This document shows positions 12,360 through 22,905 of a stretch of DNA of 64,000 nucleotides, piece by piece; within the stretch, counting starts at the first letter, position 1, and the number at the start of each line of letters is the position of its first letter. The notes below the pieces were generated by a model. It saw only the letters and a list, made by a program, of their open reading frames with translations. It searched no databases and had not been told where the DNA came from. This DNA comes from Scyliorhinus canicula. Taxonomy: Eukaryota. The position numbers and the translations under genes were made by a program. The stretch spans positions 180,409,126 to 180,473,125 of the forward strand of contig NC_052149.1 in the NCBI RefSeq assembly GCF_902713615.1, in the 5' to 3' direction.

Positions 12360-13995
12360 CTTGAGAAGGGACCAGCACCCAACACAAAATGGAATGCAAA
12401 AGTCTTCTACAGGTAGATAAATTGTAAAAAGGTGGTGAAAGGAGGAATAGGACCAATTAAGGATCCCTGATTTATATACACGGGGGGCAGAAAGATGTCT
12501 GAGGTACTAAATTACTATTTTGCTTGTCTGTAAGGAAGAAAATACTCCCAAACCTTTAGTCAAAGAGAAAGTGGTTGAGACCTGGGTGGGTAGGAAATCA
12601 TATTTTGGAGGTACTAAAAAAGCTGGCTGTACTTAATGTAGGAAAGTCATCAGGACTATACCAGATGCACCAAAGGATACTGAGGGAATTAATGGTAGAA
12701 ATTGAGGAGGCACGAACCATAATCTTCTAATCCTCCTTAGATGCAGGAGTAGTGCCAGAGGACTGGAGAATTTCAAATATTATCCTCTCATTCAAAGAAG
12801 TACATTTGGATAAGCCCAACAACAATAGGCTGGTTTGTTTATTTTCAGTGGTGGGGAAGCTTTTAAAAAGCTTTTAGAAACAACAAAATTAACATTCACT
12901 TGGACAAATGTGAATTAGTTAAAGGTTAATGTTTATAATGTTATTGATGTGGTGTACAAGTGCAGCACGTAGGCGCAAGGGGTTAGCACGGTTGCCTCAC
13001 GGCGCCGAGGTCCCAGGTTCGATCCCGCCTCTGGGTCACTGTCCATGTGGAGTTTGCACATTCTCCCCATGTTTGCATGGGTTTTGTCCCCACAACCCAT
13101 AAAAATGTGCAGGATAGATGGATTGGCCTCGCTAAAATTGCCCCTTAATTGGAAAAAATGAATTGGATACTCTAAATTTTTCAACAAAGAAACATTTGAT
13201 GTGGTGTACATAGACTTCTAAAAGGCATTTGCTAAAGTGCCACATAGCAGGCTCATCAGCAAAGCTGAAACCTATTGAATAAGAGGAAATACAAGGAAAA
13301 CGGCAATGTGGATACAAACTTGGTTGAGTGACAGGAAAAAGAGTGGTGAATTGCTATTTTTCAGCTGGGAGAAAGTTTACGGTAGGGTTCCCTGGAGTTA
13401 TAATTGGATCAGTGCTTTTGTTGATCTATATTAATGACTTATTCTTGAGTGCACAGAGCACAATTTTCAAATTTGCAGATGACGTTAAATTGAATATATT
13501 GTGAACGTGAGGAGAATATTGATAGACATCAAGAGGACATGAATAGGTGGCAGGTAGAAATTTAATGTGGAAAAGTGTGAACCGATACAATTTAATAAGA
13601 TGAACAAAGAGGGACAATATAAAGTAAAGAATAATTCTAAAGCGAGAGCAGGAGCAGAGAGACCGAGGAGATGGCAGTGATGAATGGGAAAGTAGTTAAT
13701 AAGGCGTACGGGATCTTGGGCTTTGTAAATAGAGGCATAAAGTATAAAAGCCAAGAAGTTATGATGAACCTTTATTAAACACTGGTTCGTCTTCAATTGG
13801 AGTACTATATCCAATTCTGAACATCGCATTTTAGGAAGGTTGTGTAGACATTAGAGATTTACCAAAATGATTCCAAAGGTGATGGACTTCAGTTACACAG
13901 CTAGATTGGAGAATCTGGGCCTATTCTCCTTAGATAATAGAAGGTTAGAGGAGCTTTGATTGAGGTGTTCATAATCACAAGGGGTCTGGACAGAA
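12360..13995 (+). mobile_element. Old CR1 LINE ORF2 fragment with internal deletions
   Basis: DNA corresponding to DF.KAF.KVPH, YINDL...KFADD and LVR..LEY..QF motifs, with many stops. Confidence 0.85.
12961..13192 (+). mobile_element. HE1-type SINE with short tail and 15-bp target duplication
   Basis: ttgatgtggtgtaca at 12944-12958 and 13196-13210. Confidence 0.9.
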
Positions 13996-14640
13996 TTCAC
14001 AGAGTTGTTACAGCACAGAAGGAGGCCATTGAGTCCATCGTGTCTCCATTGGCTCTCTGAATGAACAATTCACTTTAGTGCCATTCTTCCGCTTTCTCCC
14101 TGCACATTTTCCTTTTTAGGTAACTTTCTAGTTCCTTTCTGAACGCTTTAATTAAACCTGCCTCTGCCACACTCTTGGACAGTGAATCCCAGACCGTAAC
14201 CAACCTTCCGCCTATTTCATATTACTTTTGCTTCTTTCACTAATTACTTTAAATCTGTGCCTTTTGTTCTCAATCCTTTCATGAGTGGGTCACAGTATTT
14301 CCCTATCTACTCTGTCCAGACCCCTCTGATCCTGTCATTCAGCCAATATGTATCCATGTTGCTACTGTCCCTTTTATTCCGTGAGCTATACATTTTCTCA
14401 CAAATCTGTTGTGTGGCACGGTAGTAAACACTTTTTGGAAGTTCATGTCCACCCCTTCAACGGCATTGCCCTCATCAACCCTCTGTGACCTCTTCAAAGA
14501 ACTCCAGCAAGTTAGTTAAGCATGACTTTTTCCCTGATAAAATCCATGCTGGCTTTCTTCTTAATTAACCCGCATTTGCCCATGTGAGTATTAATTTTGT
14601 CCTGAATTATTTTTTCTGGATGTTTTCTCACCACTGTGAA
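13996..14640 (-). mobile_element. CR1 LINE fragments
   Basis: Reverse 3' tail (cagcacagaaggaggccatt) and reverse RT segment (aactccagcaagttagttaagcatgact). Confidence 0.75.
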
Positions 14641-14654
14641 TAGGGAGAAACCCC

Positions 14655-15378
14655 GGGCCCGATTCTCCGCCCCCCACGACGGGTCGGAGAATAGCGGGAG
14701 GGCCTTCCCGACATTTTTCCCGCCCTCCCGCTATTCTCCCCCCCCCCTCCGCCCAACTCCCGACACGAATCACTGCCGCCGTTTTTTTACGGCCGGCAGC
14801 GATTCTCAGCTGTTCGATGGGCCGAAGTCCCAGCCCTTTACGCTGTTTTTACAAATGGCAAACACACCTGGTCTGGCCGTTCGTAAAAACGGCGGGAACA
14901 ACTCGCTTTTTATAACCATGGCACCGATTGGCACGGCAGTACCACGGCCGTGCCAAGGGTGCCATGGGCCCGCGATCGGTGGGCACCGATTGCGGGCAGC
15001 GGGCCCGATGCCCGCGCACTATTTCTCCTTCCGCCGCCCCGCAGTATCCATTCGCGGGGCGGCTGAGGGGCATCCCGGCCCGCGCATGCGCGGGTTTCGC
15101 GCAAATACGCGATGCGTCATCCGCGCATGCGCGGGTTGGAGTCTTCCAATCCGCGCATGCGCGGCTGACGTCATATGACGCGTCAGCCGGCGCTAACTCC
15201 GGCAAGCGGGCTTAACGAAATTCGTTAAGCCCGTGATGCCGGAGCTTGCGGCGTCGGGCTGCTAGCCCCGACCGGGGACCAGAATCGGTTCCCGGTCGGG
15301 AAGGGGCGCGCTGGCGTCAAACCCGCCCGGGTTTGACGCCAGCCTTACGATTTCTCCCGTTTTGGGAGAATCGCGCCC
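14655..15378. mobile_element. Young CpG-rich Harbinger-type MITE
   Basis: TIRs gggcccgattctcc / ggagaatcgcgccc, 3-bp duplication CCC, many intact CpGs and internal palindromes. Confidence 0.85.
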
Positions 15379-15940
15379 CCCATTCCTACTGGTAGAGGGA
15401 AACAGAACCAGAGGGCGCTAATTGAAAGTAAATGGAAAATAAAGCAAAGGTGACACCTATGAACCTTATTCAGTCTCCTCCCACCTAACTATTTCCCTAT
15501 TCAAGCTTAATAGATTGTCTCTAATTCCATGTATGCCCATTTTTATGTGTCTTATGTGAAGCTTGTTATATGCCTTCTGGGGGCAATATAAGTAACATTC
15601 ATGGACATTCCCCAATTTAGTTACTCCTCAAAATATTCAACTAGGTTTGTTGGACATAACTTGCCCATGAGAAATCTAGTATGCATCTTGTCTCCGCTTA
15701 GAATTGTCCAAATGCTGTTTCTGTGAAAGAGGAATCACATACAACTAATTTATTCGAGTTTTGTTGAGCAGGTAATAAGGAAGGTGGATGTGTATAGTTT
15801 CCAAAAGACATTTGATAATGAGCCACATCACAGGTTGGTATTAGAAATCTAGGATCTGTCTCTTCTCAGCTCATAATTTGTCCAAATGCTGTTTTTGTGA
15901 AAGGGGAATCATGTCCAACTAATTTATTAGAATTTTTTGT

Positions 15941-16230
15941 GGGCAACACAGTATCTCAGTGCTTCACAGCACCAGGGTCCCAGGTTCGATTCCCGGCTTG
16001 GGTCACTGCCTGTGCGGAGTCTGCATGTTCTCCCTGTGTCTGCGTGGGTTTCCTCCGGGTATCCGGTTTCCTCCCACACGTCCCGAAAAACATGCAGTTG
16101 GGTCATTTGGACACTCTGAATTCTCCCTCTGTGTACCCGAACAGGCGCCGTAATGTGGAGACTCGGGGCATTTCATGGTAATTTCATTGCAGTGTTAATG
16201 TATGCCTGCTTGTGACAATAAAGATTATTT
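15941..16230 (+). mobile_element. HE1-head SINE with alternative tail (cttgtgacaataaagattatt)
   Basis: Same head and central domain as the other SINEs. Tail shared with 41257-41527 and 62615-62850. Confidence 0.85.
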
Positions 16231-16991
16231 ACGAGGAAAAGCTTTTTTTTTTCAGCGTATGGTTCGGATCTGGAGTGCATTGCCTGAGAATGCGGTGGAG
16301 GCAAATTCAATTGTCTTTCAAATGGAAATTGGATAATTATCTGAATAGAAAACAAAAATGGTCTGTGGGAAAAAAGCAGGAAAGTGTAATTAACTCAGTA
16401 TTCTTGCTGAGAGCCAGCACGCGCATGTCAAGTCCAATGACCTCCTTCTCGCCCATTCTTTGATTCCCTGATTTTATGATATTGCCCTGAAACTGCACAG
16501 CTTCTTACTACTTACTCCTAAAAATGGAAATGTAATTAAGAATGAACTACCATAGCACAATACAACCTGACAGACAGTCAGGCATATGGCACTGTAATTA
16601 AAAGAACTCACATCACTGGGAAAACACATTCAGCTGGTATCTGCATGAATCTTTGCACCTAATCATGGGTATCCCAAAGGAAATATCTATGTGCGATGTT
16701 TCTGTGCCAAAAATGTTTCCTGTAAATTTTATGCTCTATTACAAGAAAATATTGTTGCATTTTCTTGCTCTTATGTTCCCATTTTTCCAATTAGCTGACA
16801 TTCTACCATGACACATGTTAATTCCTGATTGCTCGAAAGTAAGTTACCATTACCAGTATGTGGAACCTATATGAAACAGCTGTTTTTTTTCTACTTCAAT
16901 TGAACCTAATTTTTGCCCCACTGCAATCTTTTAACACAACTGAAAACAGTAACTCTGAATGAATGAATGAAGAAACAAAGAGGATGAAAGT

Positions 16992-17364
16992 GGAGTAATC
17001 TTGTGGTTGTTTGACTGGATTAACAATCACGAGGCAGATGCAAATGATTCAATGGGATGAGTTTAAATCCCACCATTACAACAAGAAATTTAATCTCGGT
17101 TGTTAATTAGAATAGCTCTGGTATCAGGGATTATAATGATGAAACAACTGGATTGTTGTGAAAATCCACCTGGTCCTCCAATGTTCTTTAGTAAAGGGAC
17201 TCAACTAAGGCCTATTTGATCTACATGTGATTCCAGTCCCACAAAAACTTGGTTAACTCTTAATTACCCTCTGAAATTGCATAGTAAGCCACACAGGACA
17301 ATTAGGGATGGACAATAAATGCTGCCCTTGCTAATGACGCCCATATCACATGAATGAATGAAAA
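16992..17364 (+). mobile_element. Bipartite SINE: tRNA-like head and 5' UTR plus 3' tail of the LINE family at 50690-54760
   Basis: 5' part aligns by eye with 50690-50950. 3' part ggacaattagggatggacaataaatgctg...catgaatgaat aligns with 1200-1262. Confidence 0.75.
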
Positions 17365-18077
17365 GATAATTGCCATCCTGTGCCTCCTTCCCAGTAAATA
17401 GGTACAGTATTAACATTTGGATTGTGGAGACGGTTTCTGCATAGTGAATGTTTGTATTATTAAAACTAATTATTTCAGTATTCAAATAAGAGTGTTGAAT
17501 AGGTGGGGTGGTGATTTAAATAATTCAAAATATTGTGCTGAAGGACAGTTCATATTTCCATGGGGCATTGTACACAAAAGAATGTCGTCATGACCTGCCG
17601 ATTTTCACTTCAGCAACTCAAAAAGCCTCCCCCTTTTTCAATTTCAATGAGCAATATGACGAAGGAAAGGCATGTGGAGATTCCCCTATATTTTCCTCTT
17701 GTGTGCTTCAAGGAAACACAGATGCTCTTCCCAAATGATTCCCCGCCTGCAAGCAGTCAATATTCCACAAGGTTTTAGCTCTTCTGCCAGCAGCACTGAA
17801 AATATGATGGTTCCACAATTGCCCTGGTTCATAACCCTGTACGTGGCACCTTATCCTGGGCCTTTGGTGTCTTCACAACAGGACAGAGCCGACCATCCCC
17901 TCAAGTCTCAAATGACCCTTCTACTCTTATAATAGTAATACTCCTTGAATTAATCATTAACATGTCTCCACATCCTCTTTCATACAATCAAACACAACTG
18001 TTAGACACCCTGGTCTAGTACAAGATCAGTTTCAATCCCAAATGACCTGCAATCGCAACACAATTGGAATTAGCAAT

Positions 18078-18167
18078 TAGTCATTGGTCGAGGGATATGA
18101 TTCTCGCTTAGGGTATTTCAATCAATGAGCATGCGAGAGGACCCGGGTTCAAACCCCAGACAAACGC
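18078..18167 (+). tRNA. tRNA-Pro(AGG) pseudogene with 18-nt intron-like insert
   Basis: TTGGTCgAGGGaTATGATTCTCGCTT-AGG-G[tatttcaatcaatgagca]TGCGAGAGGaCCCGGGTTCAAAcCCCaG matches vertebrate tRNA-Pro. Anticodon at 18110-18112, insert at 18114-18131. The acceptor stem no longer pairs. Confidence 0.88.
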
Positions 18168-18227
18168 TTTACGCCAAATTCAGCCATTATGATTTGTTTG
18201 TGGTGCAGACGGCAGGATTGATTTATC

Positions 18228-18658
18228 GGGCGACACGGTGGCAAGCACTACTGCCTCACAGCGCCAGGGACCTGGGTTCGATTCTGAGCTCGGGTCACTG
18301 TTTGTGTGGAGTATGCACATTCTTCCTTTGTTTATTCCCACAGTCTAACGATGTGCAGGTCAGGTGGATTGGCTATGCTAAATAACCCCTAGGTGGGGTT
18401 TTCATAGAATTTAGAATTTCATAGAATTTTTACAGCTCATTTGGCCCATCGAGTCTTGGAAAGAGCACCCTCCTTAAGCCCACACTTCCACTCTATCCCC
18501 TTAACCCAGCAACCCTACCTAACCTTTTTGGACACGAGGAACAATGTACGGGGTTATGGGGATAGAATGGAGTTTGGGCCGAGGGAGAGTCCACTTTCAG
18601 ACGGTGCAGACTCAATGGATTGATTGGATCTTCTGCACTGCAGGAATTCTATGAATTC
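18228..18658 (+). mobile_element. HE1-type SINE with nested antisense SINE 3' fragment (~18403-18535)
   Basis: Head gggcgacacggtggc...gggttcgattc, tail ttctgcactgcaggaattctatgaattct. Confidence 0.8.
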
Positions 18659-19995
18659 TGAGAAAATACCCAAAGTCTCTGGCTGCCCAATAATTAGTCA
18701 CCAGGTTTGTAAATTTAAACACAATTAATTTTTATTAATGATAACAATGAGTAAATATGCAGCAAATACAACTGGTTAACTATTATCGAATCCCGAACCC
18801 TCTCTTTAACTTGTCCCACCCTCTACATACACACAAGACAGACAAACACAGAGGAGAAATAGGTGTATGAAGAAAATAATACAAAAATAAAAAGGATTGA
18901 AGTCTCTGGGCTAGATTCTCCGATTCTGTGGCTATGTCCGGCATGGGAACGGTGGTGTTTTATACTAGAAAAGATGACATAAAACGGCCAGCGTTTACCC
19001 ATTTTGCAGGGGGCTAGCATGCCGGCAGCGTAAAGCACCCGGCTCTAGCTGCCGATATGGCCCGGAGAATTGCCAGGTCCATGGCCGCGCATACACACGG
19101 TGAACAGCCACGCCGTGCTACATGGCGGAGGCCACTCCCGGACCCGGCCTGCGAAATAGTGCCCCCCTTTGGCCTGCTCTTGTGCCCTGGACCACGTTCC
19201 CCCTCAGTGCCCCCAGCCCCTAATAAAGTCCCCCCTGCCCGTGGATCTGCCCTCCCCCGACTGTGGCGGAGCTGGACTGAGTCCGCAGCCACCACGCCGC
19301 GTTCCCAACGCATGAAACCATGATAGATCCATGCCATCAGGAACTTGGCCAGTCAGGGGTGGGGCAATGTCCGAGGCCGTCGACACGTGGTGTGGCTTAC
19401 ACTCGATTTGGTCCGGAACTGTGATTCTCCGGCCGATCACCAAACGCGATGTTGGCATCGGCAACCAGAAAATCCAGCCCTCTGCTTATGATGGATGGCT
19501 TCCAGTACACATTTCGTCAGTCTCAGCCTTCAATTGGAGATTTTTGCTTCCAGTCTGTTATGGTTTTCACTGTAGGTTAATCCAGGGTTCAAGACCGCCT
19601 CGGCAGGTTCAGAAAACAGCAGCTAGGCAGCATTCCTGGAGAAAGAGAGAGACAGACAGCATCCAGAACCCACTGGCCTTCATGTGTTTTCTGAAAACCA
19701 CCCCACACCGGGAGGACCCCATCGCCACCTGTCGTCGGACATGATATGACCTTTGGCCAATTCAGTGGCAACCCGCCAACCAATCAAACCAAATCTCTTG
19801 GGTGTCAGAAAGTCTAACTTCTGCAATTCAAAAGCCAAATCTTCAATAGCACAGTGTACTATGTTTTAACTTTTGAGTCCCTCACTTCCTCTGCTCGACT
19901 TAAAGGAATACGCCCATTAAGTATCCATGGATCAAAATGATGACAACAAAGTAAATAAATGTGAAGTAAGGGAATCAATGAGAAGGGTCTTTACA
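18659..19995 (-). mobile_element. Probable solo LTR interrupted by a MITE
   Basis: Ends tttaca, has a reverse polyA signal (tttatt near 18731) and an LTR-like layout. No target duplication found. Confidence 0.45.
18908..19480. mobile_element. Harbinger-type MITE
   Basis: TIRs gggctagattctcc / gaaaatccagccc, 3-bp duplication TCT. Confidence 0.85.
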
Positions 19996-20131
19996 CAACC
20001 CCAACCGATTACAAAGCTTTTCCAGGAGAATAATCTTACCATTGTCAACTATTTGTAACCTCCATAGTCAGTAGAAATTTGTTATTTGACAAATAATTTT
20101 AAAGTGGCTTAATCTTTGTATTGTGATTCAG

Positions 20132-20153
20132 ACAGTAGATCTCAAACAGCAAG
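20132..20153 (+). other. Candidate 22-nt micro-exon of an unidentified host transcript
   Basis: ttaatctttgtattgtgattcag|ACAGTAGATCTCAAACAGCAAG|gtatga in unique AT-rich sequence. Confidence 0.35.
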
Positions 20154-20600
20154 GTATGAATTAATCGAATAATATGAATTATGTTGATAATATCAATGAT
20201 ATGGATGGTATGGATTAAAATGAATAAATTATTAATGTTTCATTACGTTTTGGGATGTTAAACATGTCGATAATCATATTTGATTCGACTTTATATCTCA
20301 TTTCTCAAGGAGAAATGTCTGTTATGGAAATAGCCCTGTTCGTTGCTGTTCTGAATGAAGGTGCTTTGATTTGTAGAAATTTTGTAATTCATTAAGCATT
20401 ATAATTACGCAGAGAAGATTGGGAAATTTAAAATGCAAGTTTATGAAAAGCTAACTGTGCCTATTCAGTGTTGCATTCTATTAAATTATTCTCTATTCTT
20501 AATTCCAATAAGAGGGGATATTTTTTAATCTTAATCATTTCTTATTTCCCTTTTTTAAAATTAAATCTGTTTAAGGTCACACATACTTTGCAAACCAGCA

Positions 20601-21258
20601 GGGGCTGGTTTAGCACCAATGGCTAAACAGTGTAATGCAGAACAAGGCAGCAGTACGGGTCCAATTCCTGTACCAGCTGTGGTGATATGCATCACTGTAG
20701 ATACACAAGGGGTTAATGTAAGTACACCTAGGCTAGCTAGACACTAGAGGGAGCACCAGAGACATGACACACAAACACTCAACCAATAGGTCAGTAAGAT
20801 AGGACACGACCAATGGGCATTTACGATATACACAGAGGTGACACTACCACAGGGGGGCATTACACCAACCCATATATAAAGGACACAGCACACATGATCT
20901 TCCTCTTTCCAGTGGAGACACTCAGTGAGTACAGACACAGGGTTGATTCAACATCACACCCACCACGCGGATTGTAGCAGACTGGTTCGTCAGTCTGACT
21001 AGCTATAGAAGGATTAACAGTAGAGGCGAACACGAGTAGGAGAACTGTAAATAGTTTAATAAACGTGTTGAAGTTATCTCCACGTCTGAACCTTCCTTTG
21101 TCAGAGTGAACATCAAAGAAGCAGCTTAAGCTTCGCCAAGTGTATAACAAGACACCAGCCTCCCCAGGCTGCCGGAAGGTTGCGACTTGAGGCTTTTCAC
21201 AGTAACTTCATTGAAGCCTACTTGTGTCAATAAGCGATTATTTTTATTATTATTATTA
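20601..21258 (+). mobile_element. Short tRNA SINE (ggggctggtttagc head) split by a solo LTR
   Basis: Same family as 53170-53351. Tail cacagtaacttcattgaagcctacttgtg...attatt. Confidence 0.75.
20678..21154 (+). mobile_element. Solo LTR (477 bp, Gypsy-like) with 5-bp target duplication
   Basis: TG...CA termini, CCAGC duplicated at 20673-20677 and 21155-21159. Contains CCAAT, TATATAAA and AATAAA. Confidence 0.85.
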
Positions 21259-21325
21259 ATCGATGACAACGTGAGGGACTCTCTTTTGCAATGGTTATTG
21301 AGGTCAATCTCAAAAATACCAGAAA

Positions 21326-21448
21326 GGTGGGATTCTCCGGCCATGCCTGCCCGGCAACCGGAAATTCCTGCCCGAGATCAATGGACCTTTACATGGTCCG
21401 CCTTCCGCCCATGGCGATCTTCTGGCGGGCAGCAGAAGAATCCAGCCC
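21326..21448. mobile_element. Short Harbinger-type MITE
   Basis: ggtgggattctcc ... gaagaatccagccc. Confidence 0.7.
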
Positions 21449-21874
21449 AGAGACTCAGACAGCAGTACATGGTTCAGAGGTGATGCTGCTTTTGTTCCAA
21501 AAGAAGAAGTGTTCTTCTATTTGCATTTTATACTTAAGATGTATTTACAGATGCTTATATTTGTGATAAAACTTTAAGGATTTATTCCAAATGCCCCGAG
21601 GGCTTCTCAACGTTATTTCATTTAATGTCAAATGGCCACTAAATCCCCCGCCAGTCATTTTGCATCCTCTCAGAATATGAATTATATCTCCAACATCGAC
21701 TATCTTTTCTTCTGATTGTAAACGTGTTACATTTTTCTGAATTTCATTTTATGTGCCATTTTTCCACCCACTGACATATTTGATCTATGATGTGGAGATG
21801 CCGGCGTTGGACTGGGGTGAGCACAGTAAGAAGTCTTACAACACCAGGTTAAAGTCCAACAGGTTTGTTTCAAA

Positions 21875-21909
21875 CACGAGCTTTCGGAGCACGGCTCCTT
21901 CTTCAGGTG
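21875..21909 (-). ncRNA. Minimal type I hammerhead ribozyme motif (left arm)
   Basis: Reverse complement of 22382-22416. Confidence 0.75.
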
Positions 21910-22381
21910 AATGGAAAGGCTTGTTCCAGAAATGTTTATATAGACACAGTCAGAGATGCCCCGGAATGCGAGCACCTGCAGGCAATCAAATCATCAAAGA
22001 TGCAGAGAGAGAGGTAACTCCAGGTTAAAGAGGTGTGAATTGTCCCAAGCCAGTTCAGTCGGTAGGCCTCTGCAAGTCCAGGCTTGTTGGTGGGGGCCGA
22101 ATGTAATGCGACATGAATCCCAGATCCCGGTTGAGTCCGCATTCATGCGTGCGGATTCAACCGGGATCTGGGATTCATGTCGCATTACATTCGGCCCCCA
22201 CCAACAAGCCTGGACTTGCAGAGGCCTACCGACTGAACTGGCTTGGGACAATTCACACCTCTTTAACCTGGAGTTACCTCTCTCTCTGCATCTTTGATGA
22301 TTTGATTGCCTGCAGGTGCTCGCATTCCGGGGCATCTCTGACTGTGTCTATATAAACATTTCTGGAACAAGCCTTTCCATT

Positions 22382-22416
22382 CACCTGAAGAAGGAGCCGT
22401 GCTCCGAAAGCTCGTG
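22382..22416 (+). ncRNA. Minimal type I hammerhead ribozyme motif (right arm)
   Basis: cac-CTGAAGA-a-ggagc(cgt)gctcc-GAAA-gc-TC-gtg. It has CUGANGA and GAAA cores, a 5-bp stem II, palindromic AGCU in place of stem III, and a cac/gtg stem I. Confidence 0.75.
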
Positions 22417-22697
22417 TTTGAAACAAACCTGTTGGACTTTAACCTGGTGTTGTAAGACTTCTTACCATATTTGATCTAATTCATTCTGTAACTCCTGGGC
22501 CACTTGTTCCAATTCCACGCACAATTTGGTATCGCGCAAATTTGATTGCATAGAATTGAGTTTCTGCATCCAATATGTTTGTGCATTTCTCCAGGTCTCC
22601 TTTTGCTGCTCTGAACACCTTTATAACAGGTTACTGAAAATTCTTATATATATTTTGGTCGCCGTGTTTTGGATTTTCCCTGCAGCGTAGTGTACCC

Positions 22698-22905
22698 TGG
22701 GTGGGATTTTCCGGTCTCCCGGCTGCGTGCTTCCCGGCGACTGGAGGTGGCACGCCGTTCACTGGCAGTGGGATTCTCTATACCTGCTGGCAATGAGTTT
22801 CCTCATTGAAGCCACCACACGCTTCCGGGAAACCCGTGGGCGGGGGTGCGCTGCCGACGAGACTGGAGAATCCAGTCGCCAGCAAACGGCCGTCGCATTC
22901 CAGTC
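22698..22905. mobile_element. Short Harbinger-type MITE
   Basis: gggtgggattttcc start and internal ggagaatccagtc. Similar to 1318-1431. Confidence 0.6.

Larger units (their letters stand above)
21788..22465. mobile_element. Penelope-like retroelement: 5'-truncated, inverted (palindromic) pseudo-LTR pair
   Basis: Arms 21826-22141 and 22150-22465 are reverse complements, with one mismatch seen. A 13-bp duplication catatttgatcta lies at 21775-21787 and 22466-22478. The minus strand encodes RTHECGLNRDLGFMSHYI, typical of the end of a PLE GIY-YIG ORF. Confidence 0.9.

Noticed and set aside
15405-15420. Strong CTCF-like motif accagagggcgcta
   Set aside because: Lies in a decayed CR1 3' fragment (TRGH-coding segment) and is probably a chance match.
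16795-16838. In-frame TGA in a candidate exon read as selenocysteine (DILP*HMLIPDCSK)
   Set aside because: No resemblance to a selenoprotein I know and no convincing SECIS seen downstream.
21956-22335. Two identical 113-aa ORFs on opposite strands
   Set aside because: A by-product of the palindrome and not in the PLE coding frame.
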